A model generated the notes under the pieces. It had not been told where the DNA came from, made no database searches, and was given only the letters and a program-made list of their open reading frames with translations. A DNA stretch of 64,000 bases, from positions 5,028 to 69,027 of the forward strand of contig JBILRP010000004.1 in the NCBI GenBank assembly GCA_044372565.1, written 5' to 3'. The position numbers and the translations under genes were made by a program. This DNA is from Bacilli bacterium (lineage in GTDB: Bacteria > Bacillota_I > Bacilli_A > RFN20 > CAG-826). This document shows positions 53,312 through 64,000 of this stretch, piece by piece. Position 1 is the stretch's first letter. Every line of letters begins with the position of its first letter.

Positions 53312-54559
53312 ATGTTATCCATCATCACTCAAATCTTATTCATCACTTTCTTCTCACTTCATGTGATTTATTTTGTTGTGGGCATATTAACGAAACCTCA
53401 ATTATTCACAAGTCAAAAAAATAAACGTCGCTATGATTTTTTAATCGTTGCTAAAGACGAAGAAAAAGTCATCGGTGATCTAATTGACTCAATCCATCAG
53501 CAGCAATATCCAAAAGAGTTGATTCGAATTTTTGTCCTTGCAGATAACTGTACCGATCAAACTGCTTCCATCGCGAAAGCTCACGGGGCAATTACGTTTA
53601 TCAATCAAATTCCTAATCATTTTGGCAAGGGAATGGCATTAAAAAAATTAATCGCACATCGAAATGAATACAAAGGAACACCATCAGATGCTGTGTTTTT
53701 CTTTGATGCAGATAACATTATTGATGCTGAATTCACGTTAAGAATGAATGATGCTTATCAAGGTGATGATACGATTTTAATTGGATATCGCGGCAGTAAA
53801 AACTTTGCATCAAACGCAACCAGCATGGGTTCATCCATTATTTTTTTCCGCGAAGGTCACTTCTTACATCACGCGAGAAACCATTTTGGTTTTTCCACCC
53901 ATATCAATGGAACTGGATTCATGTTATCCAATTCAATCATCACCAATGAACCATGGGAAGCATTTAGTTTAATCGAAGATGTAGAATTTACCATTCTTCA
54001 ATTAATCAAAGAACGAAAAGTTATTTTTGTTCGGCAAGCAAAATTCTATGATGAACAGCCTATTTCTAGAGAGGTTTCCTTTAAGCAACGATTAAGATGG
54101 ATTAAGGGTGGCATTCAGATTTTCTTTTTGCATGCTGGAAAATTATTCTTGTCCATAATGAAAAAATTTAAGTTTGCAAAAGTAGATTTATTACTATGGA
54201 TTACCCCATTCCCATCTGTGCTTGTGATTCTTTCCTTAGTGCAACTTGTCTTGTCTCAAATATCAATGATCATGGACTCACCCTCATTTACGATGATGTC
54301 GTTGATGCCTACCTATGTTTGGTTCGGCCAATATTTAGGTGTTTCATTCTTAATTGGTGCGATGACAGTGATTGCTTCATGGAAAGAAGTGGATGCAAGA
54401 TTCTCTAAAAAAATGTGGGCGATGATTAGCTTCCCGTTTTATTCACTTAGTTTCTTACCATTGTTTATCATTGCCCCATTAACCATGTTTACATTAAAAT
54501 GGTATAAAACCCCACATTCAATCAGAGGCGTTCTTACCTCGCATGGAACACGTCCTTAG
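53312..54559 (+). CDS. Membrane-embedded processive family-2 glycosyltransferase (synthase type)
   Basis: N-terminal TM; GT-A core with ADNCTD, DADN (DXD), ED, and the Q(R)xRW motif FKQRLRWIKG; four C-terminal TM helices. Confidence 0.8.
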   Translation: MLSIITQILFITFFSLHVIYFVVGILTKPQLFTSQKNKRRYDFLIVAKDEEKVIGDLIDSIHQQQYPKELIRIFVLADNCTDQTASIAKAHGAITFINQIPNHFGKGMALKKLIAHRNEYKGTPSDAVFFFDADNIIDAEFTLRMNDAYQGDDTILIGYRGSKNFASNATSMGSSIIFFREGHFLHHARNHFGFSTHINGTGFMLSNSIITNEPWEAFSLIEDVEFTILQLIKERKVIFVRQAKFYDEQPISREVSFKQRLRWIKGGIQIFFLHAGKLFLSIMKKFKFAKVDLLLWITPFPSVLVILSLVQLVLSQISMIMDSPSFTMMSLMPTYVWFGQYLGVSFLIGAMTVIASWKEVDARFSKKMWAMISFPFYSLSFLPLFIIAPLTMFTLKWYKTPHSIRGVLTSHGTRP

Positions 54560-55307
54560 TTTTTGGATCCATCCATCCCAACCCAATTATAATCCTTTGA
54601 ATGTGGGCGGTATCTTCACACCAACTCACTTCATCCTCATTGTTTTCCTAAGCGTATTTGGCATTGTTTTGTATCGATTGTTCGTGCGTTTACCTCATCA
54701 ACAAAGCATCCAATTTTACCGATATATAGCCATCTTTTTAATCGGTTTAGAATTATTGCGAATGGGCTGGAATGTCTTGGCAAGTGATGCGTGGTACGCC
54801 AAAGATGTCTGGCCTTTATATACATGTGGGATTTTTGTGGTTGTTTTTCCTTTATATGCTTTTCAAACTCGTTATCAACGTCATGTTGAAGGTTTTATTG
54901 GTTTAGGAGCAATGTTAAGCGGGGTGTTGTTTTTATTGTTTCCTTCAACCGGATTAGCAATGTTTCCTCTTTGGCATATCAACACCGTCATCTCTACCCT
55001 TATGCATTGGGCCATGGCTTTAATCGGTGCCATCTTTTTCTTTCATCGGAAACATAAATTTACTACCTTCGATTTAATCACCGCGTTTAGTATTGTTAGT
55101 TTTTTTGCATTGGTTTCATGGTTATATAATTCAATAGATCCTAACACCAATTTTTTCTTTCTTGCATATCCGTTAAACGGAACACCGCTCATGTGGCTTT
55201 ATGATTGGTTTGGTCAACCTGGATATGGTGTATCGATATTTACCCTTCACTTGATCGTAGGTTTCGCCATGTATTTTATTCACCGTCTTTGGATTCAACA
55301 AGCATAA
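54543..55307 (+). CDS. Polytopic membrane protein, YwaF/TIGR02206 (TMEM164-like) family candidate
   Basis: About 7 TM. Pattern FTPTHF..., WPLYTCG, and C-terminal NFFFLAYP..GTPL...FGQPGY resembles YwaF-family proteins (recalled, not searched). Overlaps the GT2 gene by 17 nt. Confidence 0.5.
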   Translation: MEHVLSFWIHPSQPNYNPLNVGGIFTPTHFILIVFLSVFGIVLYRLFVRLPHQQSIQFYRYIAIFLIGLELLRMGWNVLASDAWYAKDVWPLYTCGIFVVVFPLYAFQTRYQRHVEGFIGLGAMLSGVLFLLFPSTGLAMFPLWHINTVISTLMHWAMALIGAIFFFHRKHKFTTFDLITAFSIVSFFALVSWLYNSIDPNTNFFFLAYPLNGTPLMWLYDWFGQPGYGVSIFTLHLIVGFAMYFIHRLWIQQA

Positions 55308-55336
55308 AAAAAACAAGGCTTAGGACCTTGTTTGAT
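55305..55336. terminator. Bidirectional terminator between the membrane-protein gene (+) and the DAK2 gene (-)
   Basis: aaacaagg-cttagga-ccttgttt hairpin with a flanking A-run and T-rich tail. Confidence 0.6.
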
Positions 55337-55355
55337 TCATCGACTTGAACGTATT

Positions 55356-57029
55356 TTATTCAACGCCAACAATGAACGCATAAACAGGTTGATTGCCTTG
55401 TTTGAATTCAAAATCAACCCCACGATACGATTCATACGTATAATCTTTTAACTTTTCAATGACGGCGTCATTGGTGCCTTCCCCATAAAAAATCGTCACC
55501 AAGGAAGAGGCTTCATCCACCATTTGTTCAAGTAAGCTCTTGGTAGCTTCATATAATTCTTTTGCCGTGCAAACAATTTTCTTGCCAACAATCCCCATGA
55601 AATAATCTTTTTTGACTTCTAGGCCATTGATTTTCGTGTCTTTGATGGCAAAGGTGACGGCCCCGGATTTGACGTTTTTAATCGCGTTATTCATCGTTTC
55701 GATATTTTCTGCCATCGTCGCATCGCCCATGAATTGAATGACCGCGGTCAATCCTTCAGGAATGGTTTTGGTTTCAATCACTGCAGCATTGATCAACCCT
55801 TCTTCATTCAAGGCGTCAGCAGCTTGCTTGGCAGCAAGGATGATGTTTGGATTATTAGGAAAGAAGAAGACATTTTTGGCGTTGACGTCACGGGCAGCTT
55901 TTAAGAAATCTTCCGTGGAAGGATTCATCGTTTGTCCACCCGAGACAATGTGATGCACCCCTAAATCTTTAAAGGCTTGACCCATGCCTTCCCCAGCGGC
56001 AACACTAATCATCCCATAGACTTTTTCTTCGACAGGTTGAGCTTTTTTAGCGATCTTTTGATGATCATGCCCTTGACTCGATTCCGTGATATTTTCATGT
56101 TGAATGCTCATGTTATCGGCTTTCATCGTCACGCATTCCCCAAATTTAAATGCATAGGCAAAGACACTCGCCGGATTGATCGTGTGGATATGAACTTTCA
56201 CCAAGTCATCGTCCTTGACCAAGACAATCGAGTTGCCTTGTTGTTCTAAATATTCATAAAATTGTTTTTCAATGAATGGTTTTTTATCAGGATTTTTTTC
56301 ATCAACTTTCAAAATAAATTCCGTGCAATAACCAAATTCTTCTGCTTCAAGTTTCGCCCCAGCCATGCCCTTACCAGCTTTGGCATTGACCACGGTTGCT
56401 TCGAGCTTTTCAACGACTTTGTCCAATAATCCTTGTTCAAAACCTTCAAGAATTTTAATCAATCCTAAGCCACCAGAGTCAACCACCCCTACTTCTTTTA
56501 AAATCGGTAATAAATCCGGGGTGCGCTTTAAGGATGCATGGGCTTCGATGATCATCACCCGCATGCAGTCTTCAATCGACCAATTTGGTTTGACTTGATC
56601 CATTAACACTTGGGCACTTTCGCGAATGACGGTTAACATCGTCCCTTCTACAGGGCGCATGACCGCTTTATAAGCGACGTCTTTGCCTTGCATCCAGGCT
56701 TCGGCAAATTGGACCGCATTAATCTCTGGTTTACCTTCAATCGCTTGGGCAAAGCCTCTAAAGATCTGTGAGGTGATGACCCCAGAATTTCCCCGGGCCC
56801 CCATCAGCAAGCCTTTGGAAAAAGCTTTGGCAAGATCATAAATGTTTTCGTCGTTGCGATTGGCAACTTCTTTTGCCCCGCTAGAGACAGTTAAATTCAT
56901 GTTCAACCCGGTATCCCCGTCGGGGACTGGGAAAACATTGAGCGCATCGACTTCAGGATAATAATTATAAAGATTATTACTACCAGAAATAATCATGCGT
57001 TTGAGGATGACGCCGTTGATGGTTTTCAT
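55356..57029 (-). CDS. DAK2 domain fusion protein YloV
   Basis: N-terminal Dak2 domain (LNVFPVPDGDTGLNM) plus a C-terminal DegV-like/YloV domain. Follows the Asp23 gene as in Bacillus yloU-yloV. Confidence 0.88.
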   Translation of the reverse strand: MKTINGVILKRMIISGSNNLYNYYPEVDALNVFPVPDGDTGLNMNLTVSSGAKEVANRNDENIYDLAKAFSKGLLMGARGNSGVITSQIFRGFAQAIEGKPEINAVQFAEAWMQGKDVAYKAVMRPVEGTMLTVIRESAQVLMDQVKPNWSIEDCMRVMIIEAHASLKRTPDLLPILKEVGVVDSGGLGLIKILEGFEQGLLDKVVEKLEATVVNAKAGKGMAGAKLEAEEFGYCTEFILKVDEKNPDKKPFIEKQFYEYLEQQGNSIVLVKDDDLVKVHIHTINPASVFAYAFKFGECVTMKADNMSIQHENITESSQGHDHQKIAKKAQPVEEKVYGMISVAAGEGMGQAFKDLGVHHIVSGGQTMNPSTEDFLKAARDVNAKNVFFFPNNPNIILAAKQAADALNEEGLINAAVIETKTIPEGLTAVIQFMGDATMAENIETMNNAIKNVKSGAVTFAIKDTKINGLEVKKDYFMGIVGKKIVCTAKELYEATKSLLEQMVDEASSLVTIFYGEGTNDAVIEKLKDYTYESYRGVDFEFKQGNQPVYAFIVGVE

Positions 57030-57037
57030 AAACTCTC

Positions 57038-57394
57038 CTAGTTGGTTTTGATCGATTGGATGAAGACGTTTACAGCGATAAACTTGACTGTAAATTTCTT
57101 TTCCAAATCGTATTTTACTTTTTTCTGGACTTCATTGATAATCTCAGTCATCTTCACCCCGTAGGCACAGATGAGATATAAGTCCACAACAAAGGCGTCT
57201 TTGCGTTGTGAGATGAAAACACCTTTGTTGTAGTCTTTTGATTTTAATGGCTTGGTCGACGGTTCGCGTAGTAATGTCTTCTCAGCAATCCCGATCACCC
57301 CATACGAAGATAACGCAGCCGAGGCAGCCAATTGCCCGATTGCTTCCGAGGAGATATTGATTTGTCCTAATGGGGTTTTTTTGGAAATACTCAT
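57038..57394 (-). CDS. Asp23/Gls24 family envelope stress protein (YloU)
   Basis: GQINISSEAIGQLAASAALSSYGVIG..., the typical Asp23 N-terminus. Start moved to ATG 57394 (MSISKK). Confidence 0.85.
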   Translation of the reverse strand: MSISKKTPLGQINISSEAIGQLAASAALSSYGVIGIAEKTLLREPSTKPLKSKDYNKGVFISQRKDAFVVDLYLICAYGVKMTEIINEVQKKVKYDLEKKFTVKFIAVNVFIQSIKTN

Positions 57395-57467
57395 ATGAAT
57401 TTCTTGTAAATTTAGGATACTATATCTAGGCAAAAAATCAAGGAAATAAGGTCTATAAAAGAAAAAA

Positions 57468-57577
57468 GCCCGGCAACTTGCTATTCTCGGCCTTGCGACC
57501 TACCTTCACCGTGACGGTGCTTAACTTCTGTGTTCGAGATGGGAACAGGTGTGACCACCGTGCCATCGTCACCAGAC
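57468..57577 (-). rRNA. rrf: 5S ribosomal RNA
   Basis: Reverse complement TCTGGTGACGATGGCACGGTGGTCACACCTGTTCCCATCTCGAACACAGAAGTTAAGCACCGTCACGG...GCCGGGC, followed by a T-run. Confidence 0.9.
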
Positions 57578-57691
57578 TTTTTTCTTCTCAGGGAGAGATT
57601 CCCTGAAAACTAGATACTTATGTTTTGATGTTCTTCTATGGCCTTTGTATATACTTTTACTTGACTCATTTTTTATAAAAAAACTTTAAGA

Positions 57692-60597
<2,906 letters not shown>

Positions 60598-60866
60598 CGT
60601 AAAAGTTTTTAAAGGTTTGTTTCAAAAATAAATTTGTCTCGCCGCAATCTCATAAAGAAATCGCGACATCACAGAAAGAACATGTTATTTACATAAATAT
60701 CTAGTTTTCAAAGAACCGAGTTGAGAATCATCTCTGATCTCTCAAAACTAAGCAATCCAAGACGAACCTTCACGTCAACCAACCAGATAAAAACGTGTCT
60801 AGTTGAGTTTAAAATTAGTATTTGTTGTACGATCGGTTGTTTTTAACCGATTCTGTTTTCTCCTTA

Positions 60867-62388
<1,522 letters not shown>

Positions 62389-62547
62389 AAAAAGTTGATT
62401 CTAGTTCATGTTTTAAATTATCTGGTTTGTTCTTGTATAAAGAAAAATTGACGTTATTGTTTGTCTTGTTTTGCTTAGTTTTCAAAGATCAGTGCCCCAC
62501 GCTTGCTCTCGCAAAAAAAGAGTGTCCTCTTTGACGTGTGCCTTATA

Positions 62548-62576
62548 AGATTACCAACATCATTCGATGAAGTCAA
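62548..62576 (-). promoter_or_regulatory. Candidate rRNA promoter P2
   Basis: Minus strand reads TTGACT-N17-TAATCT, about 160 nt upstream of the 16S 5' end. Confidence 0.35.
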
Positions 62577-62671
62577 GAAATAGTTAAGAAAAGATTTCTT
62601 TTTATTTCATCGACTTTTTTCAAAGATATTGATCGCCTTTTACGACCTAGTTTTAAGTAGGCGCAAGTAAG

Positions 62672-62700
62672 ATTAAAACATATTCAAAATCCAATTGCAA
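62672..62700 (-). promoter_or_regulatory. Candidate rRNA promoter P1 (extended -10)
   Basis: Minus strand reads TTGCAA-N17-(TGt)TTTAAT, about 285 nt upstream of the 16S 5' end. Confidence 0.35.
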
Positions 62701-62909
62701 TAGATAATGAATAATTAATTAAATAATCCGATAGTTACGAAGAAATTGGAGTGAATAAGTTGCTTCAATTCACACTTTTGTTGATGGATCCATTTCCTCG
62801 GTCTCAACCATTCATCTTTTTTTATCATCCGTGGGGTCGAAACTAACGGGTCAAACCTTTAGTCAAGATGCACCAAACAAAGAGGTTAAGCTTCACGAAT
62901 CCATGCAAA

Positions 62910-62940
62910 TAAAAAAACCCAGAACGTTGATGCCTGGGTT
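62910..62940 (-). terminator. Intrinsic terminator after the BI-1/YccA-family gene
   Basis: aacccag...ctgggtt hairpin followed on the minus strand by T7. Confidence 0.7.
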
Positions 62941-62963
62941 TGTTGAACGATAAGAACGAAAAA

Positions 62964-63659
62964 TTAACGACGACCGCCGCGAGAGACCGCGATGAAACGT
63001 AAAATGCGTAAGAAGATATTGATGAAAGAAATGTATAAACTAAATGCTAAATACATTGCTTGTGAGTTGCTGATGTCTCCACTATCAGAGATTTGTTTAA
63101 CATACCAAACTTGATAAGCAACCATGAGTAAGACCACACCAAAGATGCCAAAGGAAATGAACCAATCCACGGAAACACTACCAATGAATAAATTCACTAA
63201 ACTTAATAAAATCAAGCCCATGAAAGCCACTAAAGTGAATTGACCAACACCAAGTAAACTGGTTTTCGTGGTTGCTCCGTAATATGCAAAAATACCAAAG
63301 ACAAGCGCAGAGACACCAAATGCTGTGCCAATCAATTCAATTGGATATGCAAAAGGTAATGTTGATAAAATCACACCCATTGATCCAGAATATAAAAAGA
63401 ATGGAATGGATGGATTGCCTTCACCACGACGTAAGGAACCAAATAAAAACCAGAAATAACTAATCATCAAGGTGATGGCACTACCAATCATTAAGCCTGC
63501 AAATAAATCATCTGATATAAGTCCGCTAGCGAAAGCAAAGAAAACGCCTAAGGCCATCAGGGCAGTGACCCCTAAAGCAACAGCCATCCAAGCAAACACC
63601 TTAACTAAAGGTGATGTGGTGCTCGTTTCATTCGCGTATTGTTGATATGGACGTTCCAT
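62964..63659 (-). CDS. Bax inhibitor-1/YccA family membrane protein
   Basis: 231 aa, 7 TM, basic C-terminus; overall BI-1/YccA pattern. Confidence 0.8.
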   Translation of the reverse strand: MERPYQQYANETSTTSPLVKVFAWMAVALGVTALMALGVFFAFASGLISDDLFAGLMIGSAITLMISYFWFLFGSLRRGEGNPSIPFFLYSGSMGVILSTLPFAYPIELIGTAFGVSALVFGIFAYYGATTKTSLLGVGQFTLVAFMGLILLSLVNLFIGSVSVDWFISFGIFGVVLLMVAYQVWYVKQISDSGDISNSQAMYLAFSLYISFINIFLRILRFIAVSRGGRR

Positions 63660-63728
63660 ATAATTTCCTCCTGGATATGAATTAACAATAACAAATTCTA
63701 GAAATTATCAAAGCGATATGATTGCAAG

Positions 63729-64000
63729 TTACCCAATCATGTTGGTCAACAGCTCTTCAAAAGAAGAAACTTTCAACGATGCCCCACCGACCAATGCGCC
63801 ATCCACATCAGGTTGCGTTAAATAATCTTTAATATTATTTGGTTTGACACTGCCACCATAAAGTACGAGGGTTGCTTCGGCAATCAATGGGCTAAACATT
63901 TCTTCCAAGCGCTCACGAATATAATTGGCAATATCTTGAGCGTGTTCTTTACTAGCATTTTTGCCAGTACCAATGCTCCACACAGGTTCATAAGCAATCA
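63729..64000 (-). CDS. tpiA: Triosephosphate isomerase, C-terminal part; the 5' end lies beyond the window end
   Basis: ...[14 protein letters not shown]...[10 protein letters not shown]......[12 protein letters not shown]. The reading frame continues open to position 64000. Confidence 0.92.
   Translation of the reverse strand, partial: IAYEPVWSIGTGKNASKEHAQDIANYIRERLEEMFSPLIAEATLVLYGGSVKPNNIKDYLTQPDVDGALVGGASLKVSSFEELLTNMIG

Noticed and set aside
62745-62845. 31-codon GTG-initiated ORF (VNKLLQFTLLLMDPF...) and a 6-bp inverted repeat in the rRNA leader
   Set aside because: The only SD-like GGAG abuts the GTG with no spacing. The region lies on the strand opposite to all local transcription and is AT-rich, so it is most likely chance.

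Overview
The window is a 64-kb chromosomal segment of a low-GC Firmicute or Mollicute, and it looks Acholeplasma-like. TGA is used as a stop codon (for example at the rimM/trmD and trmD/uppP ATGA junctions), so the genetic code is 11, not the Mycoplasma code 4. The taxon call is inference from 16S and gene content only.

Roughly 58 CDS, 8 tRNAs and one complete rRNA operon (16S-23S-5S, minus strand, no tRNA in the spacer) can be supported. About 80% of genes are on the minus strand.

Reading the minus strand from high to low coordinates, the backbone follows the Bacillus subtilis order yloU-yloV-recG-plsX-rnc-ylxM-(rpsP..trmD)-rplS-rbgA-rnhB-dprA-topA-codV-rpsB-tsf-pyrH-frr-uppS-cdsA-rseP-polC. 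That collinearity exposes four departures:
- An AT-rich island at 44.7-49.4 kb between recG and plsX. It encodes two endonuclease-I-type surface nucleases and a secreted partner protein.
- An AT-rich island at 51.3-55.3 kb between yloV and recG. It encodes a Wzy/O-antigen-ligase-like protein, an HTH protein, a processive GT2 synthase and a YwaF/TMEM164-like membrane protein. Its divergent promoter region carries an iterated operator-like repeat.
- An apparent inversion of the rpsP-ylqC-rimM-trmD block, together with a GH53 lipoprotein gene and uppP.
- Absence of smc-ftsY-ffh at their usual position.

The left part holds a maltodextrin cluster (malQ, sugar ABC ATPase, GH13), NfeD/SPFH, a cdaA-glmM-glmS operon, an nqrBCDEF-type operon with no NqrA/RnfC-like gene, msrA plus a free-Met-sulfoxide reductase, and scattered single or paired tRNAs that all have C34 or G34 anticodons.

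No CRISPR array, transposase, prophage or recognisable defence system was seen. The best candidates for new biology are the NqrA-less Nqr module, the nuclease island and the glycosyltransferase island.

Coordinates I derived by hand (RNAs, promoters, terminators) may be off by 1-2 nt.
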